From Methanocaldococcus jannaschii DSM 2661 (GTDB taxonomy: Archaea > AGJL01 > Methanococci > Methanococcales > Methanocaldococcaceae), in the NCBI RefSeq assembly GCF_000091665.1, contig NC_000909.1, forward strand, positions 964,603 through 996,602: a stretch of 32,000 nt of DNA, given 5' to 3'. The notes beneath the pieces are model-generated. The model saw only the letters and a program-made list of their open reading frames with translations. It was not told where the DNA came from and did not search any database. Position 1 is the stretch's first letter, and each line of letters begins with the position of its first letter. Shown here one piece after another: positions 9,992 to 19,244 of the stretch. Made by a program: the position numbers and the translations under genes.

Positions 9992-12900
9992 TTGGTGATA
10001 TTGATGGAGAGGTATGAAATCCCTAAAGAGATTGGAGAAATAATGTTTGGCTTGTTGTCTCCAGATTACATAAGACAGATGTCAGTTGCTAAGATAGTTA
10101 CACCAGACACTTATGATGAAGATGGTTATCCAATAGATGGAGGTTTAATGGACACAAGATTGGGAGTTATAGACCCAGGTTTAGTTTGCAAAACATGTGG
10201 AGGAAGGATTGGAGAGTGTCCAGGGCATTTTGGGCATATAGAGTTGGCTAAACCAGTAATTCATATAGGATTTGCCAAAACAATATACAAGATATTGAAG
10301 GCAGTTTGCCCACACTGTGGAAGAGTAGCAATAAGTGAAACTAAGAGGAAAGAAATTTTGGAAAAGATGGAAAAATTAGAGAGAGATGGAGGAAACAAGT
10401 GGGAGGTTTGTGAAGAGGTTTATAAAGAAGCTTCAAAAGTTACAATCTGCCCACACTGTGGAGAGATAAAGTATGATATAAAGTTTGAGAAACCAACAAC
10501 CTACTACAGAATTGATGGAAATGAGGAAAAAACATTAACTCCATCAGATGTTAGAGAGATTTTAGAGAAGATTCCAGATGAAGATTGTATCTTACTCGGC
10601 TTAAACCCAGAGGTTGCAAGGCCAGAGTGGATGGTTCTCACCGTTTTGCCAGTTCCACCAGTAACTGTAAGGCCATCAATTACCTTGGAAACTGGAGAGA
10701 GAAGTGAAGACGATTTAACTCACAAGTTAGTTGATATCATCAGAATCAACAATAGATTAGAGGAGAATATAGAAGGAGGAGCACCAAACTTAATTATTGA
10801 GGATTTATGGAATCTGTTGCAGTATCACGTAAATACCTACTTCGATAACGAAGCTCCAGGTATTCCACCAGCTAAGCACAGAAGTGGAAGACCATTAAAA
10901 ACCTTAGCTCAGAGATTAAAAGGTAAAGAAGGAAGGTTCAGATACAACTTAGCTGGTAAGAGGGTTAATTTCTCATCAAGAACAGTTATCTCTCCAGACC
11001 CATGTTTAAGTATTAATGAAGTTGGAGTTCCAGAGGTTGTGGCTAAAGAGCTAACCGTCCCAGAGAAGGTAACGAAATACAACATTGAGAGAATTAGGCA
11101 GTTATTAAGAAATGGTTCAGAGAAACACCCAGGAGTTAATTATGTTATAAGAAAGATGATTGGTAGAGATGGAACAGAGCAGGAATATAAGGTTAAGATA
11201 ACTGAAAGCAATAAAGACTTCTGGGCAGAGAATATAAGAGAAGGAGATATTGTTGAAAGGCACTTAATGGATGGAGATATTGTCTTATACAACAGACAGC
11301 CATCACTGCATAGAATGTCTATTATGGCACATAGAGTTAGAGTTCTCCCATACAGAACATTTAGACACAATTTATGCGTATGTGTAGATGGAGACACCAC
11401 AGTGTTGTTAGATGGGAAATTAATTAAAATTAAGGACTTAGAAGATAAATGGAAAGATGTCAAAGTTTTAACTTCAGATGATTTAAATCCAAAACTAACT
11501 TCATTAAGCAAGTATTGGAAATTAAACGCAGATGAGTATGGAAAGAAGATTTATAAAATAAAAACAGAGCTTGGAAGAGAAATTATAGCAACAGAAGACC
11601 ATCCATTCTATACAACAAATGGTAGAAAGAGATGCGGTGAGTTGAAAGTTGGAGATGAAGTTATAATATATCCAAACGACTTCCCAATGTTTGAAGATGA
11701 CAATAGAGTAATAGTTGATGAAGAAAAAATCAAGAAGGTAATTAATAACATTGGAGGAACTTACAAAAATAAAATTATTAATGAGCTAAAAGATAGGAAG
11801 TTAATTCCTTTGACATACAATGACCAAAAGGCATCAATATTGGCAAGGATTGTTGGACATGTAATGGGAGATGGTTCTTTAATAATAAACAATAAAAATT
11901 CAAGAGTTGTATTTAGAGGAGATATTGAGGATTTAAAAACAATAAAAGAGGACTTAAAAGAATTAGGTTATGATGGGGAGGAAATAAAACTACATGAAGG
12001 AGAAACTGAAATAACAGATTACAACGGCAAGAAAAGAATAATTAAAGGCAAAGGTTATAGCTTTGAAGTTAGGAAAAAATCGTTATGCATACTATTAAAA
12101 GCCCTTGGTTGTGTAGGTGGAGATAAAACTAAAAAGATGTATGGCATTCCAAATTGGATTAAAACTGCTCCAAAGTATATAAAGAAAGAGTTTTTATCAG
12201 CCTACTTCGGTTCGGAATTAACAACTCCAAAAATTAGAAATCATGGGACTTCATTTAAAGAGTTATCATTCAAAATAGCTAAGATTGAGGAGATATTTGA
12301 CGAAGATAGATTCATTAAAGACATTAAAGAGATGCTAAAAGAATTTGGTATTGAATTAAAGGTTAGGGTTGAAGAAGGCAATCTAAGAAAAGATGGTTAT
12401 AAAACAAAAGTTTATGTTGCGTCAATATACAACCATAAAGAATTCTTTGGAAGAATTGGATATACCTATGCTAACAAAAAAGAAACATTAGCAAGATATG
12501 CTTATGAATACCTCCTTACAAAAGAGAAATATCTAAAAGACAGAAACATTAAAAAATTAGAAAATAACACCAAATTTATTACATTTGATAAGTTTATAAA
12601 AGAGAAATGCCTTAAGAATGGATTTGTAAAAGAAAAAATTGTAAGTATTGAAGAAACAAAAGTAGATTATGTCTATGATATAACTACAATCTCAGAAACT
12701 CACAATTTCATTGCAAACGGCTTTTTAACAGGAAATTGCCCGCCCTACAACGCTGACTTTGATGGAGATGAGATGAACTTACACGTTCCACAATCAGAGG
12801 AGGCAAGAGCAGAGGCAGAAGCTTTAATGCTTGTAGAAAAACACATCCTTTCACCAAGATTTGGAGGGCCTATAATTGGAGCTATACACGACTTTATTTC

Positions 12901-14029
12901 AGGAGCTTATCTCTTAACCTCAAACTACTTCACAAAAGATGAAGCTACTTTAATCTTAAGAAGTGGGGGAATAAAGGATGAGTTATGGGAGCCAGATAAG
13001 GTAGAGAATGGAGTTCCATTATACTCCGGTAAGAAGATATTCAGTAAAGCATTACCAAAAGGATTGAATTTGAGATATAAAGCAAAGATTTGTAGAAAGT
13101 GTGATGTGTGCAAAAAAGAGGAATGTGAATACGATGCCTATGTTGTAATAAAAGATGGGGAGTTAATTAAAGGAGTTATTGATAAAAACGGTTACGGGGC
13201 AGAGGCAGGTTTAATCTTACACACAATAGTTAAAGAGTTTGGTCCAGAAGCTGGAAGAAAATTCCTTGACTCAGCTACTAAGATGGCAATAAGGGCAGTG
13301 ATGTTAAGAGGATTTACTACAGGAATTGATGATGAAGATTTACCAGAAGAAGCATTAAAAGAGATTGAAAAAGTCTTAGATGAGGCAGAAGAGAAAGTTA
13401 AAGAAATCATCGAGAAATATGAAAGAGGAGAACTTGAATTGCTTCCAGGTTTGAACTTGGAGGAGTCAAGGGAGGCATATATAAGCAATGTTTTAAGAGA
13501 GGCAAGAGACAAAGCTGGAGCTATTGCTGAGAGATACTTAGGTTTGGATAACCATGCGGTTATCATGGCAGTTACTGGGGCGAGAGGGAACATCTTAAAC
13601 TTAACACAGATGGCGGCATGTTTAGGGCAGCAGTCAGTTAGAGGTAAGAGAATCTTTAGAGGTTACAGGGGTAGAGTATTGCCTCATTTCGAAAAAGGAG
13701 ATTTAGGAGCAAGGTCTCACGGGTTTGTTAGAAGTAGTTATAAGAAGGGGTTAAGTCCAACAGAGTTCTTCTTCCACGCTATGGGAGGTAGAGAAGGATT
13801 GGTTGACCAGGCAGTTAGAACTGCTCAGTCTGGTTACATGCAGAGAAGATTAATTAACGCTCTACAAGACTTAAAGACAGAGTTCGATGGAACCGTTAGA
13901 GATTCAAGAGGAATTATGATTCAATTTAAGTATGGAGAGGATGGAATTGACCCAATGCTTGCTGATAGAGGTAAGGCAGTAAATATTGACAGAATAATTG
14001 ATAAGGTTAAGATGAAGTATAACCAATAA
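9992..14029 (+). CDS. rpoA1: DNA-directed RNA polymerase subunit A' with in-frame intein
   Basis: 1345 aa; catalytic YNADFDGDEMN; homology interrupted after RHNLCV and resumed at CPPYNADFDGD. Confidence 0.97.
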   Translation: MVILMERYEIPKEIGEIMFGLLSPDYIRQMSVAKIVTPDTYDEDGYPIDGGLMDTRLGVIDPGLVCKTCGGRIGECPGHFGHIELAKPVIHIGFAKTIYKILKAVCPHCGRVAISETKRKEILEKMEKLERDGGNKWEVCEEVYKEASKVTICPHCGEIKYDIKFEKPTTYYRIDGNEEKTLTPSDVREILEKIPDEDCILLGLNPEVARPEWMVLTVLPVPPVTVRPSITLETGERSEDDLTHKLVDIIRINNRLEENIEGGAPNLIIEDLWNLLQYHVNTYFDNEAPGIPPAKHRSGRPLKTLAQRLKGKEGRFRYNLAGKRVNFSSRTVISPDPCLSINEVGVPEVVAKELTVPEKVTKYNIERIRQLLRNGSEKHPGVNYVIRKMIGRDGTEQEYKVKITESNKDFWAENIREGDIVERHLMDGDIVLYNRQPSLHRMSIMAHRVRVLPYRTFRHNLCVCVDGDTTVLLDGKLIKIKDLEDKWKDVKVLTSDDLNPKLTSLSKYWKLNADEYGKKIYKIKTELGREIIATEDHPFYTTNGRKRCGELKVGDEVIIYPNDFPMFEDDNRVIVDEEKIKKVINNIGGTYKNKIINELKDRKLIPLTYNDQKASILARIVGHVMGDGSLIINNKNSRVVFRGDIEDLKTIKEDLKELGYDGEEIKLHEGETEITDYNGKKRIIKGKGYSFEVRKKSLCILLKALGCVGGDKTKKMYGIPNWIKTAPKYIKKEFLSAYFGSELTTPKIRNHGTSFKELSFKIAKIEEIFDEDRFIKDIKEMLKEFGIELKVRVEEGNLRKDGYKTKVYVASIYNHKEFFGRIGYTYANKKETLARYAYEYLLTKEKYLKDRNIKKLENNTKFITFDKFIKEKCLKNGFVKEKIVSIEETKVDYVYDITTISETHNFIANGFLTGNCPPYNADFDGDEMNLHVPQSEEARAEAEALMLVEKHILSPRFGGPIIGAIHDFISGAYLLTSNYFTKDEATLILRSGGIKDELWEPDKVENGVPLYSGKKIFSKALPKGLNLRYKAKICRKCDVCKKEECEYDAYVVIKDGELIKGVIDKNGYGAEAGLILHTIVKEFGPEAGRKFLDSATKMAIRAVMLRGFTTGIDDEDLPEEALKEIEKVLDEAEEKVKEIIEKYERGELELLPGLNLEESREAYISNVLREARDKAGAIAERYLGLDNHAVIMAVTGARGNILNLTQMAACLGQQSVRGKRIFRGYRGRVLPHFEKGDLGARSHGFVRSSYKKGLSPTEFFFHAMGGREGLVDQAVRTAQSGYMQRRLINALQDLKTEFDGTVRDSRGIMIQFKYGEDGIDPMLADRGKAVNIDRIIDKVKMKYNQ
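11381..12736 (+). other. RpoA' intein (452 aa), LAGLIDADG-type
   Basis: begins CVDGDTTVLLDGK (Cys1), block B-like TAEDHPFY region (ATEDHPFY), ends ETHNFIANGFLTGN before Cys+1 (CPPYNADF); (12736-11381+1)/3=452. Confidence 0.95.
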
Positions 14030-14103
14030 ATCTCTAAATTCAAAAATTTCAAAACTTTTTCAAAACAATTTTTACATCTTTTAATTTTTTAAGGTGAGAA
14101 TAC

Positions 14104-16683
14104 ATGGACATGGAAGCATTAAAACAAAAAATTGAAGGTTTAGATATACCACAATCATTAAAGGATGAGTTGTTTGAAAAGTTATCAAAAGAGAAGGATT
14201 TGACAGAAGAGATGGTAGATGAGATTATTGATGAGGTTGTTAATGCCTATAGAAAGGCTTTAGTTGAGCCTTATGAGGCGGTAGGAATTGTTGCTGCTCA
14301 ATCCATTGGAGAGCCTGGGACTCAGATGTCTCTACCTTATGAAGAAAAGATTATAATCAAAGAAGGAGAGTTTATAAAGCCAGTTGAAATTGGAAAGTTA
14401 GTTGATGAGATGATTGAGAGATTTGGATTTGAGAAGATTGGAAATAGTGAGGTTTGTGATTTGCCTATTGACATCTATGCCTTAAGCTTAGACCAAGATG
14501 AAAAAGTGCATTGGAAGAGGATAATAAGCTGTATAAGACATAAGCATAATGGAAAATTGATTAAAATAAAGACAAAGTCAGGTAGGGAGATAACTGCAAC
14601 ACCATATCACTCCTTTGTTATAAGAAAGGACAACAAAATAATCCCAGTTAAGGGTAGTGAGTTGAAGATTGGAGATAGAATTCCAGTTGTAAAGCACATA
14701 CCCGCAAACTGTGTTGAGGCTATAAACATCTCCGACTATGTTTCTGGTAACTATGTTGTAGATAACATTAACAATAAAATAGCTCCAAAAATAAATGGTA
14801 AATCGATTCCAAACAACATAAAATTAGATTATGACTTTGGCTATTTCATAGGAATCTACTTAGCAGAGGGTTCAGTAACTAAATACTTTGTTTCAATTTC
14901 AAACGTTGATGAACTTATCTTAAATAAAATTAGAGCATTTGCAGATAAACTTGGTTTGAATTATGGAGAGTATGATAACAACAACGGATTCGCAGAAAGC
15001 CATGATATAAGGATTTATTCATCAACATTGGCAGAATTTTTATCAAACTTTGGCACATCATCAAACACTAAAAAGATTGCTGAGTTTGTGTTTGGAGCTA
15101 ATAAGGAGTTTGTTAGAGGATTAATTAGAGGTTACTTTGACGGAGATGGAAATGTAAATGCAGATAGAAAGGTTATAAGAGTTACTTCAAACTCAAAAGA
15201 GTTGATTGATGGAATTGCAATATTGTTGGCAAGATTTAACATCTTTAGTATAAAAACTAAGACGAAAAATCAGTTTGTACTGATAATTCCACACAGATAT
15301 GCTAAAAAATTCCATGAAGAAATTAACTTCTCAGTTGAAAAGAAAAAATCTGAATTAGAAAGGCTTGTAAGTAGCTTAAATGATGATAAAACCTACGATT
15401 CAATCGACATGATTCCTTCAATTGGAGATGCATTAACTAAGTTGGGAGAGAAAGTTGATTATCCAAAGGTAATTTTAAAGAAATTTGAAAGAAAGCAGAA
15501 AATTGGAAGAGCTACATTACAAAGACACTTAAGAAGAATAGAAGAATTGGCAGTTAAGAAAGGAGTAAATATCTTAGCTCTAAAAGAGTATTGGTTGTTA
15601 AAGAAGGCAGTTGAAAGTGATGTAATTTGGGATGAAATTGTTAAGATTGAGGAAATAAGTTGTGATAAAAAATACGTTTATGACATAAGCGTTGAAGGTT
15701 TAGAGACATTTACAACCTTTGATGGAGTTTTAACTCATAACACAATGAGAACGTTCCACTATGCAGGGGTTGCGGAGATTAACGTTACCTTGGGTTTGCC
15801 AAGGATGATTGAGATTGTAGATGCAAGAAAAGAGCCATCAACACCAATTATGACTATCTATCTAAAAGAAGAATATAAAGATAATAGAGAAAAAGCTGAA
15901 GAGATAGCGAAGGAGATTGAAAGTTTAACCTTGGGAAGTATAGCTGAAAGCATAAGTATTGATTTATGGACTCAATCTATAAAAGTTGAGTTGGATGAGA
16001 ATAGATTAGCTGATAGAGGATTAACAATAGACGATGTTATTGAGGCAATTAAGAAAAAATTAAAGGTAAAGATTGATGTTGATGGAACTACTTTATATTT
16101 AAAAATAAAGACTCCATCAATAAAAGCTCTTAGAAAGAGAATCCCAAAAATCAAAAATATACAATTAAAAGGAATTCCAGGAATTGAGAGGGTTTTAGTT
16201 AAAAAAGAGGGAGGAGAATATGTTTTATATACTCAAGGTTCAAACTTAAGAGAAGTGTTTAAAATTGATGGGGTTGATACAACAAGAACAATAACCAATA
16301 ACATCATTGAAATCCAAGAAGTTTTAGGTATTGAGGCAGCAAGAAACGCTATAATTAATGAAATGAGAAACACGTTAGAGCAACAGGGGTTGGAGGTTGA
16401 TATAAGGCATTTGATGTTAGTGGCAGATATAATGACTGCTGATGGGGAAGTTAAGCCAATTGGAAGACATGGAGTTGCTGGAGAGAAAGGTTCTGTCTTA
16501 GCAAGAGCTGCATTCGAAGAAACTGTTAAGCATCTATATGCTGCTGCAGAGAGGGGAGATGTTGATAAACTGAAAGGGGTTATAGAAAACGTTATTGTTG
16601 GAAAACCAATATACTTAGGAACTGGATGTGTTGAACTAACAATAGATAGGGAGTACGAAGAGGGTAAAAATATGGAAGAGTAA
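14104..16683 (+). CDS. rpoA2: DNA-directed RNA polymerase subunit A'' with in-frame intein
   Basis: 859 aa; EPYEAVGIVAAQSIGEPGTQM / TMRTFHYAGVAEINVTLGLPR extein halves. Confidence 0.97.
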   Translation: MDMEALKQKIEGLDIPQSLKDELFEKLSKEKDLTEEMVDEIIDEVVNAYRKALVEPYEAVGIVAAQSIGEPGTQMSLPYEEKIIIKEGEFIKPVEIGKLVDEMIERFGFEKIGNSEVCDLPIDIYALSLDQDEKVHWKRIISCIRHKHNGKLIKIKTKSGREITATPYHSFVIRKDNKIIPVKGSELKIGDRIPVVKHIPANCVEAINISDYVSGNYVVDNINNKIAPKINGKSIPNNIKLDYDFGYFIGIYLAEGSVTKYFVSISNVDELILNKIRAFADKLGLNYGEYDNNNGFAESHDIRIYSSTLAEFLSNFGTSSNTKKIAEFVFGANKEFVRGLIRGYFDGDGNVNADRKVIRVTSNSKELIDGIAILLARFNIFSIKTKTKNQFVLIIPHRYAKKFHEEINFSVEKKKSELERLVSSLNDDKTYDSIDMIPSIGDALTKLGEKVDYPKVILKKFERKQKIGRATLQRHLRRIEELAVKKGVNILALKEYWLLKKAVESDVIWDEIVKIEEISCDKKYVYDISVEGLETFTTFDGVLTHNTMRTFHYAGVAEINVTLGLPRMIEIVDARKEPSTPIMTIYLKEEYKDNREKAEEIAKEIESLTLGSIAESISIDLWTQSIKVELDENRLADRGLTIDDVIEAIKKKLKVKIDVDGTTLYLKIKTPSIKALRKRIPKIKNIQLKGIPGIERVLVKKEGGEYVLYTQGSNLREVFKIDGVDTTRTITNNIIEIQEVLGIEAARNAIINEMRNTLEQQGLEVDIRHLMLVADIMTADGEVKPIGRHGVAGEKGSVLARAAFEETVKHLYAAAERGDVDKLKGVIENVIVGKPIYLGTGCVELTIDREYEEGKNMEE
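14329..15741 (+). other. RpoA'' intein (471 aa), Ser1 / Thr+1 type with LAGLIDADG endonuclease
   Basis: extein GEPGTQM | SLPYEEK...; block B TPYHSFVI; endonuclease motifs YFIGIYLAEGSV and LIRGYFDGDGNV; terminates FDGVLTHN | TMRTFHYAG. Confidence 0.95.
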
Positions 16684-16740
16684 AGTTTTTATATTAAAAT
16701 TTACTTTTAACATTAACATCATAAACTACTATTTTATGGG

Positions 16741-16794
16741 GATGATGATACATCGATGTGCTGAATATTGATGATGAACGCGCCCTTCTCTGAC
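16741..16794 (+). ncRNA. C/D box guide sRNA candidate
   Basis: C box ATGATGA (16742-16748), 12-nt guide tacatcgatgtg, D' CTGA (16761-16764), C' ATGATGA (16771-16777), 12-nt guide acgcgcccttct, D CTGA (16790-16793); archaeal spacing. Confidence 0.88.
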
Positions 16795-16854
16795 CTTTAA
16801 AAAATTTAAACAAAAATTGATTTAATTTTTTGATGTTTTTATCCTATCCAAAAA

Positions 16855-16865
16855 GTATATAAATA
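16855..16865 (+). promoter_or_regulatory. TATA box for the rpl30e-nusA-rps12 operon (predicted)
   Basis: GTATATAAATA after A-rich BRE-like stretch; would place the TSS near 16885, just upstream of the leader hairpin. Confidence 0.6.
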
Positions 16866-16896
16866 TAGAGAAACTATTATCGAAAACCAATATTCT

Positions 16897-17020
16897 TACC
16901 GGTAGGGAGTTAGGACTTTCGCAGGAGTAAATGTTTTATATTGAATATTGACATTTTTTAGATGTCTAAGTTCCAAAGTTAAAATATATTTGCCTGCGAA
17001 AGTCCTAAGAAATCCCTCCG
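16897..17020 (+). promoter_or_regulatory. long interrupted stem-loop in rpl30e leader
   Basis: CCGG-t-AGGGA-gtt-AGGACTTTCGCAGG (16897-16923) complementary to CCTGCGAAAGTCCT-aagaaa-TCCCT-CCGG (16992-17020). Confidence 0.75.
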
Positions 17021-17047
17021 GAGTAAAAAATGAGAAGGAGGGAGAAT

Positions 17048-17362
17048 ATGGATGTGAATAAAGCAATTAGAACCGCAGTAGATACAGGTAAAGTAATTTT
17101 AGGTTCAAAAAGAACAATAAAATTTGTTAAACACGGAGAAGGTAAGTTAGTAGTTTTAGCAGGAAACATTCCAAAAGATTTAGAAGAGGATGTCAAATAC
17201 TACGCTAAGTTATCAAACATCCCAGTTTATCAACATAAAATAACATCATTAGAACTGGGAGCGGTTTGTGGGAAACCTTTCCCAGTTGCTGCTCTTTTGG
17301 TTTTAGATGAAGGGCTCTCAAACATTATGGAGCTGGTAGAGAAAAAGGAAGGTGGTGAATAA
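17048..17362 (+). CDS. rpl30e: ribosomal protein L30e
   Basis: ORF 17030-17362; [28 protein letters not shown]; ATG at 17048 follows SD aaggaggg. Confidence 0.93.
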   Translation: MDVNKAIRTAVDTGKVILGSKRTIKFVKHGEGKLVVLAGNIPKDLEEDVKYYAKLSNIPVYQHKITSLELGAVCGKPFPVAALLVLDEGLSNIMELVEKKEGGE

Positions 17363-17913
17363 TGGCTAAGGTAAGATTAACAACAGAAGAGATTATGAAG
17401 ATTGGATTTTTTGAAAAAATTGCAAATGTCCCTATTCTTGACTGTGTATTAAATGATGAAAGAGTTGCTTTTATTGTAAAGGAGGGTGATGTAGGAGCGG
17501 CAATTGGGAAGGGTGGAGAGAACGTTAAAACAGCAGAAGAGAAATTTGGAAAGAAAGTTGATATTATTGAGTACTCAGACGACTGGAGAAAGTTTATAAG
17601 AAATATATTCGCACCAATACAGTTAGATGATGTTTGGGTTAAAAGAGTTGGAAAGGATGTTGTTGCTTTTATTAAAATAAATCCAAAAGTTAGAAGAGCG
17701 GTTTTTGGAGAAAAAGGCAAGAACTTAGAAAGAGCTTTAAAGATTTTAAAAAGACATACAAAAATTACAAAAATAAAAGTTATTGTTGAAAATCAAAAAT
17801 TTAAAAGAAAAAGAGCAAAAAGACCTGTAGTTAAAGACCAACAGCAAGAACAGACTGAAACTAAGCAAGAAACAGACGTTCAACAGGATGTAAAGGAAAC
17901 TGTTAAAGAGTAA
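17362..17913 (+). CDS. nusA: NusA-like transcription termination/antitermination factor (KH domains)
   Basis: 183 aa; GAAIGKGGENVKTAEEKFGKKVDIIEYSDD; between L30e and S12 as in other archaea; lysine-rich, Gln/Glu-rich tail. Confidence 0.92.
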   Translation: MAKVRLTTEEIMKIGFFEKIANVPILDCVLNDERVAFIVKEGDVGAAIGKGGENVKTAEEKFGKKVDIIEYSDDWRKFIRNIFAPIQLDDVWVKRVGKDVVAFIKINPKVRRAVFGEKGKNLERALKILKRHTKITKIKVIVENQKFKRKRAKRPVVKDQQQEQTETKQETDVQQDVKETVKE

Positions 17914-18054
17914 AAGTATTTATAAAAGTATTTATCTTTATATGCTATATGCTGTATGGGAAAATCATTGTGTAATCTTTCCAAATTATTACTTGAATTA
18001 TTAAATTACTCAAAATCAAAACAAAACATAACATAATTATGAAAGGTGAAGATT

Positions 18055-18501
18055 ATGAGTGGAAGTAAATCACCAAGAGGAGAATTTGCTGGTAGAAAGT
18101 TGAGATTAAAAAGAAAATGGTGTAGATGGCACGATTACAACTATGTTAGAAGAGTTTTAAAATTAAAAGAGAAGTATGACCCATTAGAAGGAGCACCAAT
18201 GGCAAGAGGAATAGTTATTGAAAAAGTTGGTTTAGAGGCAAAGCAGCCAAACTCAGCTATTAGAAAGTGTGTCAGAGTTCAGTTAATTAAAAACGGTAGA
18301 GTTGTTACTGCATTCTGTCCAGGAAATCACGCTATAAACTTCATTGATGAACACGATGAGGTTATCATTGAAGGTATTGGAGGACCTAAGGGACCAAGAG
18401 CTAAGGGGGACATTCCAGGAGTTAAGTATAAGGTTATAATGGTTGGTAGAAACTCATTGAGAGAATTAGTTAGAGGAAGACAGGAGAAAATCAAAAGATA
18501 A
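18055..18501 (+). CDS. rps12: ribosomal protein S12 (S23e)
   Basis: ORF 18046-18501; [35 protein letters not shown]. Confidence 0.96.
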   Translation: MSGSKSPRGEFAGRKLRLKRKWCRWHDYNYVRRVLKLKEKYDPLEGAPMARGIVIEKVGLEAKQPNSAIRKCVRVQLIKNGRVVTAFCPGNHAINFIDEHDEVIIEGIGGPKGPRAKGDIPGVKYKVIMVGRNSLRELVRGRQEKIKR

Positions 18502-18558
18502 ATTCTCTATATTTAAATTTATTAAAAATTTTGAAAGAGTTGGAAATGAGGTGGTAAT

Positions 18559-19134
18559 TTGGAACTCGATGAAATTAAGGTATTTGGAAGATGGAGCACA
18601 AAGGATGTTGTTGTTAAAGACCCAGGTTTAAGAAACTACATAAACTTAACACCAATTTATGTTCCACACACTGCAGGAAGATACACAAAGAGACAGTTCG
18701 AAAAAGCAAAAATGAACATTGTTGAGAGATTAGTAAATAAAGTTATGAGAAGAGAAGAAAATACAGGTAAAAAATTAAAAGCATTAAAAATAGTTGAAAA
18801 TGCTTTTGAAATCATTGAAAAGAGAACAAAACAAAACCCAATTCAAGTTTTAGTAGATGCAATTGAAAACGCTGGACCAAGAGAAGATACAACAAGAATT
18901 TCTTATGGAGGTATCGTCTATTTACAATCAGTTGATTGTTCATCATTGAGAAGAATTGATGTTGCTTTAAGAAACATTGCTCTTGGAGCATACATGGCTG
19001 CTCATAAAAGCAAGAAGCCAATTGAAGAGGCATTAGCTGAAGAGATAATTGCAGCTGCAAGAGGAGACATGCAGAAAAGCTATGCAGTTAGAAAGAAAGA
19101 AGAGACAGAGAGAGTTGCTCAGTCAGCAAGATAA
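18559..19134 (+). CDS. rps7: ribosomal protein S7
   Basis: 191 aa; [28 protein letters not shown]. Confidence 0.96.
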   Translation: MELDEIKVFGRWSTKDVVVKDPGLRNYINLTPIYVPHTAGRYTKRQFEKAKMNIVERLVNKVMRREENTGKKLKALKIVENAFEIIEKRTKQNPIQVLVDAIENAGPREDTTRISYGGIVYLQSVDCSSLRRIDVALRNIALGAYMAAHKSKKPIEEALAEEIIAAARGDMQKSYAVRKKEETERVAQSAR

Positions 19135-19244
19135 ATTTACATGCCTTTTCAATATTACATCCAAACTTTATCTTAATAACCCAATAAGCTTTTAAACTTT
19201 TAACAAATTAATTAACTCAACAACTAAAAATAAGGTGAAGGGAC

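Noticed and set aside
11381-12736. Large in-frame insert in rpoA' as a novel polymerase domain
   Set aside because: Splice-junction residues, intein block B and terminal HN motifs, and clean extein rejoining identify it as an intein.
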